Shown in pieces: positions 36,104 through 46,190 of a stretch of 64,000 nucleotides of DNA. The DNA lies in IMG/VR virus record IMGVR_UViG_3300024916_000029, positions 661-64,660 of that record; one strand, 5' to 3'. Within the stretch, counting starts at the first letter, position 1. Each line of letters starts with the position of its first letter. Made by a program: the position numbers and the translations under genes. The notes below the pieces were generated by a model. It was given only the letters and a program-made list of their open reading frames with translations, was not told where the DNA came from and did not search any database. The DNA is from a virus (lineage: Duplodnaviria; Caudoviricetes).

Positions 36104-37072
36104 GTGGCCACCACCCCGAACAAGCCCCCGCGCATCGGTCCTTTCCCCCTGGGGATGGACAACCGCGTTCCCGACCACAAGCTGAAACTGCCCGAGGGCG
36201 GCGGCCACCTATTGCGTGATGCGCTGAACGTGGACGTGACCGCTGGCGGCGGCATCAAGACGCGGAGCGGCTACACCCGTGCCATCGCGGGCACCGACTG
36301 CCATTCCCTGTGGGCGCCGCGCGGCGGTGCCTTCGCCCTGTACGTGGACAACGGAGACCTGTACCGCCTGAACACCGACGCCACGCGCGCGCTGATCGCC
36401 TCCGGCTTCGGCTGGATGACGCCCGTGCGCTGCGCCGAGGTGAACGAGGCGATCTATTTCACGGACGGCCTGCGCGTGGGCTCCTACCACCCGACCGCAG
36501 GCCCAACCCCCGTATGGGCCGACGCGGCGCCGCTGGTGGTGGGCGAGCAGCACCTGGTGCCAATGCCCGCAGGCCAGCACATCGCGCACCACGGCGCGCG
36601 GCTGCTGGTGGCGGTGGGCGCGGCGCTGGTCTACAGCGAGCCCTTCACGCCCACGCTGCGCGACCCGGCACGCGGCTTCGAGCTGTTCCCTGCGCCCATC
36701 ACCTGCCTGGCGGCGGTGGAGGGCGGCGTGTTCGTGGTGGCCGACAAGACCTATTTCCTGCCCGGCGGCCTGCCGGCCCAGGCCGTTCGCGCGGTGCTGG
36801 ACTACGGCGCCCCCGAGCAGCAGCCCGGCTACCGCGATGACGGCGGCGCCCACTGGATGAGCGCGCGCGGAATTGTCTCGTGCAACGCGGCCGGTGAGCT
36901 GGCCAACGTCCAGGAGGCGCGCGTGGCGCTGCAGGCCCAGGGCGCGGCCGCAACGCTTTGGCGCGAGGCGGACGGCATGCAAGCCATCGTGGCCGCGCTG
37001 AGCGAGCCCGGAAATACAGGCGCTGGCGTGGGCTCCTACGCCCAGGCCCGCATCGTCAAGAAAGGAACCTGA
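36104..37072 (+). CDS. Tail nozzle/stabilisation-like protein
   Basis: FPLGMDNR...LRDALNVD...GGIKTRSGY; beta-rich. Confidence 0.72.
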   Translation: MATTPNKPPRIGPFPLGMDNRVPDHKLKLPEGGGHLLRDALNVDVTAGGGIKTRSGYTRAIAGTDCHSLWAPRGGAFALYVDNGDLYRLNTDATRALIASGFGWMTPVRCAEVNEAIYFTDGLRVGSYHPTAGPTPVWADAAPLVVGEQHLVPMPAGQHIAHHGARLLVAVGAALVYSEPFTPTLRDPARGFELFPAPITCLAAVEGGVFVVADKTYFLPGGLPAQAVRAVLDYGAPEQQPGYRDDGGAHWMSARGIVSCNAAGELANVQEARVALQAQGAAATLWREADGMQAIVAALSEPGNTGAGVGSYAQARIVKKGT

Positions 37073-37074
37073 AC

Positions 37075-37581
37075 ATGGAATCCCTGATCCGCCCTGGCTT
37101 TGTCTACGACCTTGCCATTCGCTCCAAGGCCGATGGCCGCCTGCTGCACATCGAGCGCTGCACGCCCAACCGCGTACCGCTGGAGGGCTTGAACGACATG
37201 GCGAGCGCCTACCTCAAGGGCGGCGTGGCGCCGGCCGGCCTGTTCATCGGGCTGTGGAACGGCTCGCATATCCCCAACGGCACCGAGACGGCCTCCAACC
37301 TGGCCTCGATGGTGACGGAAGTCACCAACTACACCCAGGCCGGCCGCCTGCCTCTGGACCTGGGCAGCGTGGCGAATGCCGCGTGCTCCAACGCCGCATC
37401 GCTGGCGCGCTTCGACATGCTGGGCGTCGCCAACGTGGCCGGCGCCTTCCTGAGCACCACCCAGGCCAAGGGCTCCGACACCGGAAAGCTGCTGTCCGTG
37501 GTGCGCTTCGCCAACCCCCGCCCCGTCGATGAGACGGTGTACCTCGAAGTCCTGTCGGGCTTCCAGTTCGTTTCCCTCTAA
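37075..37581 (+). CDS. Tail structural protein
   Basis: RBS AAGGA; in structural operon. Confidence 0.72.
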   Translation: MESLIRPGFVYDLAIRSKADGRLLHIERCTPNRVPLEGLNDMASAYLKGGVAPAGLFIGLWNGSHIPNGTETASNLASMVTEVTNYTQAGRLPLDLGSVANAACSNAASLARFDMLGVANVAGAFLSTTQAKGSDTGKLLSVVRFANPRPVDETVYLEVLSGFQFVSL

Positions 37582-37592
37582 GGAGCTTCACC

Positions 37593-38045
37593 ATGGCAAT
37601 GCACGTTTCCACCGGCCTGCGCAACTACCGGCTTGACACCGGGAGCCTCAAGGCCGCCCTGGCGGGCGGTTTCATCCACGTCTACAACAGCACCATTGCG
37701 GACATCCCCGACAGCGCCGACGCGGCCATCGACCCCGCCAAGCACACCAAGCTGCTGACGGTCTACGGCGACGGCATCGCTGACGGCCTGAACCTGGGCG
37801 CGGCGAACGCTGGCGCCATCGGCAAAGATCCCGGCGAGAGCTGGGCCGGTACGGTGCTGGCCACGGGCAATGCCGTGTTCTTCCGCTTCGTGGTGCCTGG
37901 CGATACCGGCGCGGCGTCCACCACCGAGCGCCGCCTGCAGGGCCGCGTGGGCGTTTCCGGCGCGGAGCTGAATATCAGCTCGCTCGCTCTGACGGCCGGC
38001 AATACCCAGGCGATCAACTACATCGCCATCAGCGAGCCCGGTTGA
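37593..38045 (+). CDS. Tail structural protein
   Basis: STGLRN...ATGNAVFFRF...RLQGRVG. Confidence 0.75.
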   Translation: MAMHVSTGLRNYRLDTGSLKAALAGGFIHVYNSTIADIPDSADAAIDPAKHTKLLTVYGDGIADGLNLGAANAGAIGKDPGESWAGTVLATGNAVFFRFVVPGDTGAASTTERRLQGRVGVSGAELNISSLALTAGNTQAINYIAISEPG

Positions 38046-38060
38046 TAGGGGCTGCCCGCC

Positions 38061-38705
38061 ATGGAATTGAGCCCGGCAAGCGCCAACCTGCGGTATTTCT
38101 CGCTCACCTCGACGTGGGGCGAGGAATCGCCCGGTGGGGGCTGGTGGTTTCGCACCAATGCCCCCGTTGCCGTGAGCCGCGCTGTCGCGGAGGCGGCCAT
38201 GGGTGGGGAGGGTGTGCGCCCCGTGGTGCAGATCGTGGGTATCGACACCGCGCCCGTGTCTTCCTGGATGGGTGGGCCGCCAGTTCAGGCGGTTGATGTG
38301 TCCGAGGGTCCGATTCCACCGCAGTTCATCTACGACGGCGGCGTAGACACGGACCTCTATGAGATTTCCGCGTTCATGTCCTACGACGGCGGCGGCCAGA
38401 ACACCCCATACGATCCGAGCGGAGGCGCCAGCCGATTCATTATCGAGCTGGAGGGCAACGGCTCGCCAGACTTCGCCGCATGGGTGGATGCCGAGGCGAC
38501 GAGCGACAGCGCCACCTGGCAGGCCCGGGTGATGGTCGGGCATGACGGCGGCCAGCAGGTCATGATCCTGCGCCCGGAAGCCCCTTTCATGGAAACCTTC
38601 CTCACGGGGATCAAGCTGTGGCGTGTCTTTGGCGAGCTGCCGCACGACTACATCGAGCCAGGGGAGTTCTGGACCCACCTGCTGGGCGCGCGGGAGATTG
38701 TCTGA
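38061..38705 (+). CDS. Hypothetical virion protein
   Basis: Ends in FWTHLLGAREIV; acidic. Confidence 0.7.
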   Translation: MELSPASANLRYFSLTSTWGEESPGGGWWFRTNAPVAVSRAVAEAAMGGEGVRPVVQIVGIDTAPVSSWMGGPPVQAVDVSEGPIPPQFIYDGGVDTDLYEISAFMSYDGGGQNTPYDPSGGASRFIIELEGNGSPDFAAWVDAEATSDSATWQARVMVGHDGGQQVMILRPEAPFMETFLTGIKLWRVFGELPHDYIEPGEFWTHLLGAREIV

Positions 38706-40744
38706 TGCTCATCACGGACAACTCCGGTGGCACATCGGACGGCAAGGAGAAGGACCAGCTCCAGGCCTTGATCGAGGTCGGCTCCGAGTTCATCACCTGC
38801 ACCGACGACGAAAGCACGGTGCAGAAGTCGGGCGAGTTCGTGCGTATCGAGAAGTCCACGGGCGAGGGCCAGCCGCGCTTCGTGCTGCTGCACGAGGGAT
38901 CGCAGACCCTCGACCAGGACGGCAACGACCTGACCGGCAACGAGCTGCTGAACCTGGGGCCCAACGTGAAGCTGCGCAAGCGCTCGCGCCTGTACGTGTC
39001 CGAGGTGGACCCGCTCAATGGCGACCTGCCTTTCCGCGAGATTGCCGGGTTCAAGACGCAGACCCGCATTTCCCGGCACCGGGGCTTCACGTTTGAAGCG
39101 CACCCCCGCGACTTCGAGGCGGTGGCAGAGGCCAACTACACGGCCCAGGCCGGAAAGCGCCGGCTCTATTCCAAGGGCGACGGCAAGCTGCTGATGCTGC
39201 GCGAGGTGTCGTTTCCGGGCGATCCGCGCTACTTCTACGACACCCTGCGCGAGAAGCTGGAGCACCCCCAGCCGCACACCAAGAAGCGCGGGCTGCGCGC
39301 GGCGCGCGTTGAGCTGGTGGAGGTGAACCCCACGGTGGGCACGACCAGCAAACCGCTGTTTTCCTTCGACATCCATAGCGGTTTGGGCTTCGACCCGGCG
39401 CCGCGCCAGTTCTCCGATGGAGTGCGCGCCACGGCGCCCATGTACGACGACAACACGGTGTATGCCGCGTTCTCCGGCGTGCTGTTCGGCGAGTCTTTGA
39501 ACCTTCCAGGCGTGGAGCGCGTGCCTGCGGGCGGGGATGCCTCGGACACCTACGCCGTGGCAGAGCCCTCCATCGCCAAGGCGCCGGACGGGCGCGAGTA
39601 CACATCCATCATTGCCGTCTATCCGGCCCCCGATGACGTGTATGACGGCCGCAGCGCCGGCCCGTACCGTTTGACCTGCAAGCGCACCACGGTGGGCGGC
39701 GGCGTGGCCCTGGGCAAGATCAATTTTCCGGCGCTGCCGCACCTGCCCAAGCACTACCTTGCGGCGCGCGGCATGTCGCTGCACCGCCTCGGCCCCAGCA
39801 AGGTGGTGCTGCGCGTCAACGTGCACGCCATGCAGTTCGGCGCGGGCGGCACCATCCAGGCGATCAACAGCGACGCTTTTTTCTTGTGGAGCGACAACAA
39901 CGGGGAGACGTGGACCTACGCCCAGTCTGCGGCTGGCTTCCCTGGCGTGTTTCCCTACGGTGGCATGCTGGTGAAGGACAAGGACACGCTGCTGGCCTTT
40001 TCCTGGTTCCAGGAGGGGGCTGCCAACCCGGTTCAGGTGCACCGCGTCACCCAGGCCGGCACCACGCAGATCGCCACCATCCCCGGCGCCGTGTTCAGCG
40101 CTGGCCTCATGGCCCCCATTGGCAGCGGCGCGGGCTGGTACATGGTGCCTTACGTGCCCCTGGGCTTCGGTGGTGTGGTCTACCGCAAGACGAGCACGGG
40201 CAAGAAGAAACGCCTGTGGATGCAGTTCGACCCGTACTGGAACTACAAGCAGGGCACCGCCCAGGTGCTGGACTATCCGGGTTCCCGGCCCATGCTGCTG
40301 GTGTCGGACGATGGCGGCCTGACCTGGTCCCGCAAGCTGCTGCCGGTGCCCTGGGCGTTCCGCGCCGGTTTCGTGGTGTCGGTGGACGAGTCCACGCTTG
40401 CGGTTCCGGTGTACTCGGCGCGCAAGGCGCACGGCACCGGCCTGCGCACCACCATCTATGCGAGCAAGAACGGCGGCGATTCCTGGAAGGCCACGGACGC
40501 CGGCGTGACGCTGCCCGGTGAAACCTGGGTGGACGGCCAAACGGTCGTCGGCGCCCAGTATTGGAACGAGGTGGCGAACGAATACCGCTTCGAGCAGGAC
40601 TTTCCAGACGCCGCGGTGAACTACAACCGCGGCGAGCTGCTGCCCATGGTTGCGCTGCGCGATGGCGACGGCCGCGTGCTGGCGTCCAACCCGGCGCGCC
40701 CATGGATGGGGCACCACCAATTCAAGGAACCCGACTATGCCTAA
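38705..40744 (+). CDS. BNR/Asp-box (sialidase-fold) virion protein
   Basis: Asp-boxes SDNNGETW, SDDGGLTW, SKNGGDSW. Confidence 0.8.
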   Translation: MLITDNSGGTSDGKEKDQLQALIEVGSEFITCTDDESTVQKSGEFVRIEKSTGEGQPRFVLLHEGSQTLDQDGNDLTGNELLNLGPNVKLRKRSRLYVSEVDPLNGDLPFREIAGFKTQTRISRHRGFTFEAHPRDFEAVAEANYTAQAGKRRLYSKGDGKLLMLREVSFPGDPRYFYDTLREKLEHPQPHTKKRGLRAARVELVEVNPTVGTTSKPLFSFDIHSGLGFDPAPRQFSDGVRATAPMYDDNTVYAAFSGVLFGESLNLPGVERVPAGGDASDTYAVAEPSIAKAPDGREYTSIIAVYPAPDDVYDGRSAGPYRLTCKRTTVGGGVALGKINFPALPHLPKHYLAARGMSLHRLGPSKVVLRVNVHAMQFGAGGTIQAINSDAFFLWSDNNGETWTYAQSAAGFPGVFPYGGMLVKDKDTLLAFSWFQEGAANPVQVHRVTQAGTTQIATIPGAVFSAGLMAPIGSGAGWYMVPYVPLGFGGVVYRKTSTGKKKRLWMQFDPYWNYKQGTAQVLDYPGSRPMLLVSDDGGLTWSRKLLPVPWAFRAGFVVSVDESTLAVPVYSARKAHGTGLRTTIYASKNGGDSWKATDAGVTLPGETWVDGQTVVGAQYWNEVANEYRFEQDFPDAAVNYNRGELLPMVALRDGDGRVLASNPARPWMGHHQFKEPDYA

Positions 40745-41054
40745 CAAACTGGAGAAGGTGCCGCAGCAGGTCAACGATACCGGCAGCGGCGGAAGCGGGG
40801 GCGGTGGCTCCGGGGGCGGCGGTGGAGGCCTGCCGCCCCAGGGATCGCGCTGCCTGGCCGCCATCGGAGAGCGCATCCGCCAGCTCTGGCCGTTCTACCT
40901 GGTCGAGTACGTGGCCGGCAACGGAGGCGGCGCGTACTTTCGCGTGTCGTCGCAGGGCGGGCAGTACGTTTGGCACGTCACTGGCTCTTGCAGCGGTGGA
41001 TACATCAGCCTCGACTACGAGCTGGTGAATTCTCCGGCCGTGGCCTCGGATTGA
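40737..41054 (+). CDS. Gly-rich hypothetical virion protein
   Basis: ATG overlapping the previous stop; poly-Gly linker. Confidence 0.62.
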   Translation: MPNKLEKVPQQVNDTGSGGSGGGGSGGGGGGLPPQGSRCLAAIGERIRQLWPFYLVEYVAGNGGGAYFRVSSQGGQYVWHVTGSCSGGYISLDYELVNSPAVASD

Positions 41055-41065
41055 AGGAGAACGAC

Positions 41066-42961
41066 ATGCCTTGCGGAATGGTGTGGGTGGAGAGCTTTGT
41101 GACGGGCGTGCCATCCCGGTACGAGTACCTCTGCTGGGAAGGTAGCAGCGGCGGCGACTCCTACAGCCCGCCCAGCGGCGGCAGCAGCGGCTTGGACACG
41201 CCACCGCCTGGCGTCGGATTCAATCCAGACCCGCTGGGCAGCGGATCAATCGCCATCGCAGACGACAACGACAGCGGCGCAGGATCTCCGATGGGCCTCA
41301 ACCCCGGGTGGAACAGCGGCGCGCACAGCGTTGAAACCGTGCCCGCCGACTGGAGCGGCATGGTGACGTTCGACGTGCCGGACGTGCAGGGCGCGCGCCA
41401 GGGCGGCGCGGCCGTGGGCTTCTCGCCCGTGGCCAATCTGCCGACCCAGGGCCGCAACGGCTACGGCCACCTGCGCTACGGCCTGGTGTTCACCGCCGAC
41501 ACGGTGCGCGTGATCCACGCCGGCACGGTGGTGCTGGAGCTGCCCTATGCGGATGTGCGCGCGGCGCGTAGCGGCGGCAGCACCGATCTGGTGAGCGCGC
41601 TGCTGTACGGAGCGTTCATCAAGTGGATCGTCAATGGCGTGACGCTGTTCGCCGGCACCTTCTTGATGACCGGCGAGTGCGCGCTGGACGCCACGCTGTA
41701 CCTGGCGCTGGACGCGGTGGATAACCCAAAATTCACCGAGGGCGCCTGGGGTGACCTGGAGGACGGCTCGCTCAATGGCGCCCTGCCGGGCCTGGCCATG
41801 ACGGGCGATGCCTCGGCGGAAACCTCTCTGCTGATCGAGTTGCCGGCGCTGGCCGCCCAGCTCTCGGAAACCGCCATCTGCAATCTGTTCGGCACCATGC
41901 CGGCGCTGCGCATGGCGGGCGGGCAGGGCGAGGGCATCACGGCCACCATCGGGCCGCTGCAGGTGATCGCAGCCGAGTCATCGACCTACGGCGCCATGGT
42001 GGCGACCATCGGCCCGCTGACCGCCTGGATCGGCATGGGCGTGCCAGACGAGACGGTGAAATATTCGGTGCTGGCGCCCACGCTGCCGCGCCTGGCCATG
42101 ACGGCATCTGTGCCGGCCACGGGCAAGCTGACGGCCGCACTGCCGGCGCTGGGCATGCGCGCGAGCTGGGAGACGACCTACGCGGAAATCGAATCGAGTC
42201 TGCCGGGCCTGCGCATGAAGGCCTACGGCGGCGAGTTCACGCCCCTGGTGCAGATCATGGAGACGGTGGGCTACCGCGCGCCGCTGGCGCCGCGCGTGTA
42301 CATCGCGCTGGCGATCATCGAGCGCGTGGGCGCCGATGTGGAGGCCGAGGCCTTCGCAACGACCTGGGCCGAGGCGCTGGAGGTGGTGACGGCCGAGGAC
42401 GCGGCCACCGTCGCAGCGACCATGTTCACCTCGATCATGGAGCAGCTCGCCGTGGGCGACCGGCTAACCACTGTGGCGTTCGACGCCAGCACCGGCCAGC
42501 CGGTGGACATTGGTGACGCCTGGGTGGTGAACGCCGACAGCAAGGCGATCACGCGCTACGAGCGCTACGGCTTCAACAGCTTCGCGGCGCTGGGAGGCCG
42601 GCACTTCGGCGTGCGCCCCGATGGCGTGTACCTGCTGGAGGGCGCCGACGATGCCGGCCGCGCCATCACCTCGGGCGTGGCGCTGGGCCAGCACGACTTT
42701 GGCACGCAGGCGCTGAAACACCTGGACGCGGTGTATGCCGGCGTGTCCTCCACCGGCACGCTGTTCCTGCGCGTGGGCGTCGGCAAGAGTCAGTTCACCT
42801 ACCGGGCACGCCGCAAGGACGACCACATGAAGGTGCAGCGCTTCGACACCGGCCGCGGCCTGCGCTCCAACTACTTCACCTTCGAGCTGACCAGTGAGGC
42901 CGACGCCTTCGAGCTGGACTCGGTGACTTTCCATGTGCTGCCCAGCCAGCGGAGGATTTGA
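41066..42961 (+). CDS. Tail/structural protein
   Basis: RBS AAGGAG; C-terminal WVVNA...TRYERYGFNSFA...DFGT..LK...GRGLRSNYF...RRI. Confidence 0.8.
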   Translation: MPCGMVWVESFVTGVPSRYEYLCWEGSSGGDSYSPPSGGSSGLDTPPPGVGFNPDPLGSGSIAIADDNDSGAGSPMGLNPGWNSGAHSVETVPADWSGMVTFDVPDVQGARQGGAAVGFSPVANLPTQGRNGYGHLRYGLVFTADTVRVIHAGTVVLELPYADVRAARSGGSTDLVSALLYGAFIKWIVNGVTLFAGTFLMTGECALDATLYLALDAVDNPKFTEGAWGDLEDGSLNGALPGLAMTGDASAETSLLIELPALAAQLSETAICNLFGTMPALRMAGGQGEGITATIGPLQVIAAESSTYGAMVATIGPLTAWIGMGVPDETVKYSVLAPTLPRLAMTASVPATGKLTAALPALGMRASWETTYAEIESSLPGLRMKAYGGEFTPLVQIMETVGYRAPLAPRVYIALAIIERVGADVEAEAFATTWAEALEVVTAEDAATVAATMFTSIMEQLAVGDRLTTVAFDASTGQPVDIGDAWVVNADSKAITRYERYGFNSFAALGGRHFGVRPDGVYLLEGADDAGRAITSGVALGQHDFGTQALKHLDAVYAGVSSTGTLFLRVGVGKSQFTYRARRKDDHMKVQRFDTGRGLRSNYFTFELTSEADAFELDSVTFHVLPSQRRI

Positions 42962-42963
42962 AA

Positions 42964-43956
42964 ATGGCGAACGGACGAGTTCTCCCGAGCGCGTTGCTGT
43001 ACGACTGGCTGGTGGGCCGCTCATGGAATATGGCGATGAACGCCTACGCCAATGCCGAGCGCCTGGGCTCTGGAAGCCTGGGCGGGCGCAACACCGAAAC
43101 CGGCGTGAGCACGGGCGGCGGCGCTTCCATCGAGTCCTTCCTGAGCAAGTACGCGGGCGACGAGTCCGCGGCGCTGGTGACGGCGCACGACCGCAGCCTG
43201 GAAGGGCAGATGCGCGAGGTGGCCAACCGCTGGGCCGCCGAAATGCAGGGCGTGATCGCCAGCGCGGCGCCCATCGGGCCGGGCTTCCTGCTGGCCGTGG
43301 ACTGGTTGCGCGGAGTGGCCAATGGCGCGGACGGCCTGGGCTACCTGGGCTACGACCACCGCGTGGCGCAGGCGCAGGGCTACCAGGGGCTGATCGTAGG
43401 CGGCATCAACGCGCGCGGCCTGCCGCTGCCGGGCGGAGCTTTGGCGGCGCTGCAGGGCGTTGCCGGCCGGGAGTCGGGCCTGCTGGTGGGCCGCGCGCAG
43501 GCGCAGATGCAGGCCGACCGCACCGCCGAGCGCCACAAGCTGCGCATTGACGCGGCGGAGGCGCTGATTCGCGCGCGCAACGAGGCGCTGGACGCGGCCA
43601 TGGAGCACACCTTCACCCAGATGCACCTGATGTTCGATGTTTTCGGGCGCAACAACGACTATCTGACCGCGCTGCAGCGCCAGGAGCAGGCCATCAAGGC
43701 GCGCATGGACATCCGCACCGCCGAGCTGAACGAGTGGAACGAGCGGATCATGACAACGGACGACTCCGTTGGCGCGGTGAACCAGAAGCTCAAGGCGCTG
43801 ACCGAGCGCGCCAACACCCTGGACGCTATGACGGCAGAGTGGCACATCAAGCTGCTGCGCCGCTACTCGTCGCGCGCGGCGGCGGCGCTCAACAGCGTTG
43901 GCGTCAGCGTGACCTCGACTGCTTCGGAGTCCAACAACATCGACGCAGGAGGCTGA
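42964..43956 (+). CDS. Helical virion protein (putative internal/ejection)
   Basis: Ala-rich helical; ARGLPLPGGAL motif. Confidence 0.75.
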   Translation: MANGRVLPSALLYDWLVGRSWNMAMNAYANAERLGSGSLGGRNTETGVSTGGGASIESFLSKYAGDESAALVTAHDRSLEGQMREVANRWAAEMQGVIASAAPIGPGFLLAVDWLRGVANGADGLGYLGYDHRVAQAQGYQGLIVGGINARGLPLPGGALAALQGVAGRESGLLVGRAQAQMQADRTAERHKLRIDAAEALIRARNEALDAAMEHTFTQMHLMFDVFGRNNDYLTALQRQEQAIKARMDIRTAELNEWNERIMTTDDSVGAVNQKLKALTERANTLDAMTAEWHIKLLRRYSSRAAAALNSVGVSVTSTASESNNIDAGG

Positions 43957-43958
43957 CC

Positions 43959-45005
43959 ATGGCCACGGCAGGTATTGGAATGCAGGGCATGTCGGCGGCC
44001 ATCGTCTACACGGCCATCGACAAGATTTCCGACATGATCGGCGAAGCGGACGCCGCGATGCAGCGCAACGTGGACAAGGAGATCAACGCGGCGCTGCGCA
44101 GCGTGCCAGGCCGCCCGGGCGTGATGAATGCCAGCTACCCGGAGCTGCACCACGCGGCCCAGGGCGCGCTGGCCGGCGCCACGCTGGAGGGCAAAGACCC
44201 GCAGATCGACCGGATGCCGCTGTTCCTGGACAACGTGGTGGGCTCCTTCTTCGAGGACTACACCAGCAAGCTCGACGCGCTGTTTCCGGGGCTAGGCCTG
44301 GCCGGCGCGGACGCCGATGCGTTCGTGCGCGCGGCGCTGGCCTCTGCCGTGGGCGTGTCCTACAGCGAGCAGGTGGACAGCACGCCCGCGCACACGGCGT
44401 TTCTGCTGGCGCAGCGCCAGGCCCACATCCAGGAGCGCGACATGCTGGAGGCGGCGGCCCAGGCCGGGCACCGATTCGCCCCCGGCCATGCGCTGGAGGC
44501 TGTCGCCCGGCTGCAGGGCTCCAGCATCGGCACAGCAGCCGAGGCCCTGACGCGCGCCCACGCAGAGCGCTTGGCGCAGGAGCGCGCCGAAAAGATGCGC
44601 CTGGTGCGCGCGCTGCTCGACACCAACATGGACCGGGTGAAGAAGCTGCACCAGCAGGTGGCCGAGGCCTTCAAGCTCAAGCTGCGCGCCCGCGGCATGT
44701 GGATCAACGACCAGAACGCCGTCGTGGACGCCACCAACAACGTGTACCTGCTGAACGAGCGGTTCGACGCCCAGGTGGTGGAGTTGATGCGCCGCACCGC
44801 AACGCGCCGCTTCGGCCTCAAGTTCGATGAACTGGCGGCCAAGGACCGCGCCGACTTCCTGGGCAAGCTCAAGATGGCCAACGCCACCGAGAAGGTGGAC
44901 CTGTTCGGCAATGCGGTCACGACCCTGATGAACCAGGTCAGCGGCAAGGGCGGTTACAGCGGCACGGAGCGCGACGTGACGGATTGGGACTCGATCTTGG
45001 CATAG
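43959..45005 (+). CDS. Helical virion protein (putative internal/ejection)
   Basis: RBS AGGAGG; architecture similar to the upstream gene. Confidence 0.75.
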   Translation: MATAGIGMQGMSAAIVYTAIDKISDMIGEADAAMQRNVDKEINAALRSVPGRPGVMNASYPELHHAAQGALAGATLEGKDPQIDRMPLFLDNVVGSFFEDYTSKLDALFPGLGLAGADADAFVRAALASAVGVSYSEQVDSTPAHTAFLLAQRQAHIQERDMLEAAAQAGHRFAPGHALEAVARLQGSSIGTAAEALTRAHAERLAQERAEKMRLVRALLDTNMDRVKKLHQQVAEAFKLKLRARGMWINDQNAVVDATNNVYLLNERFDAQVVELMRRTATRRFGLKFDELAAKDRADFLGKLKMANATEKVDLFGNAVTTLMNQVSGKGGYSGTERDVTDWDSILA

Positions 45006-45075
45006 GCGCAAATCAGCGTTCAGGCGAGCATGATGGTGACGCGGCAAATCTGACAGCGTGCAGAGCGTCACCCCG

Positions 45076-45112
45076 TATAGGGTTGGACGCCGAATGGCCG
45101 GGCCGGAACACT
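45076..45112 (+). promoter_or_regulatory. Late promoter motif copy 4 (leaderless)
   Basis: TATAGGG-N24-AACACT, then 7 nt to ATG 45120. Confidence 0.78.
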
Positions 45113-45119
45113 GCAGGGC

Positions 45120-45476
45120 ATGACCACTCCGGCCAAGCTCAAGTTCACCATCTACCAGGGCGCGACCTTCCGCAAGCGCCTGACGTGGAAGGCGCCCAGC
45201 GGCACGCCCATCGACCTGACGGGCTGCACCGCGCGTATGCAGGTGCGCGCCGAAGTCGATTCGGACGTGGTGCTGCTCAGCCTGACCACGGAGAACGGCG
45301 GCATCTCGCTTGGCGGTGCAGCAGGAACGATCGACCTTCTGTCGGCTGATGATGAAACCGCAGCGATGACCTGGGACGGCGGCGTCTGGGACTTGGAGAT
45401 CGTCCACCCCAACGGCGACGTGACTCGCCTCGCCCAGGGCTCCATCAGCGTGTCGCCGGAGGTGACCCGTGGCTGA
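45120..45476 (+). CDS. Ig-like tail fibre-associated protein (BppU-N-like)
   Basis: IYQGATF...PIDLTGCTARMQVR...VWDLEI...SPEVTR. Confidence 0.78.
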   Translation: MTTPAKLKFTIYQGATFRKRLTWKAPSGTPIDLTGCTARMQVRAEVDSDVVLLSLTTENGGISLGGAAGTIDLLSADDETAAMTWDGGVWDLEIVHPNGDVTRLAQGSISVSPEVTRG

Positions 45477-45723
45477 TGCCGTGATCGTTGAGGAATTCCA
45501 GATCCTGGCCCAGCAGCCCGACGACTCGGTGCTGGTGGATGAGGTGGAGGTCATCGAGATCGTCGCCGTGGCAGAGCAGGGGCCTCCCGGCACGGTCGGC
45601 GACGCAGGCGGCGCTTTCCTGGTCAACAACAGATTCAACGAGATCGCCGCAGACGAAACAGCGAAGCAAGCGGCCCGCGCAAACCTGGGCCTTGCCGTCA
45701 TCGACGGCGGAACATTTTTCTAA
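45469..45723 (+). CDS. Small tail fibre-associated protein
   Basis: EQGPPG, ARANLGL, IDGGTF. Confidence 0.75.
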   Translation: MADAVIVEEFQILAQQPDDSVLVDEVEVIEIVAVAEQGPPGTVGDAGGAFLVNNRFNEIAADETAKQAARANLGLAVIDGGTFF

Positions 45724-45735
45724 GGAGTGACCACC

Positions 45736-46188
45736 ATGGCACGTCTTCAACTCAAGCGCGGCCTCAAGGCCAATCTTCCGACCACCGGCATGCTGGCCGG
45801 CGAGCCGATGGTCACGACCGACCGCGGCACGATGCACATTGCGACCGACCCCACCACCAAGCTGCCGGTGGTGCCCGCCATCGATGACCTGGCGACCCTG
45901 GCATCCATCGACGGCGCCGCGGACTTGATCATCATCCACGACGCGGACGGCACGGGCCAGAAGGAAAAGAAAGTCACCTTCAACGCCTTCAAGACCGCGC
46001 TGAACATCCCCGCAGGATCTTCGGATGAGAAGGTGGCTGTTGTTGCCGGCGGCACGAGCGGCTACGTCTGGGGCACGGACGGCACGGACGGCGTGCTCCG
46101 TTTGAACTCCAGCCTGTCCTGGACCAAGGATGCAGGCAATGCGTTCGTGACGTTGGCGGTCGAAGTGGTGGATGGTGGGACGTTCTAA
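45736..46188 (+). CDS. Tail fibre subunit
   Basis: RLQLKRG...LAGEP...; ends VDGGTF. Confidence 0.75.
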   Translation: MARLQLKRGLKANLPTTGMLAGEPMVTTDRGTMHIATDPTTKLPVVPAIDDLATLASIDGAADLIIIHDADGTGQKEKKVTFNAFKTALNIPAGSSDEKVAVVAGGTSGYVWGTDGTDGVLRLNSSLSWTKDAGNAFVTLAVEVVDGGTF

Positions 46189-46190
46189 GC

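Noticed and set aside
38045-38061. GATAGGGG as an eighth late promoter
   Set aside because: It lacks the preceding pyrimidine, and the matching -10 would fall inside the next gene; more likely just an RBS.
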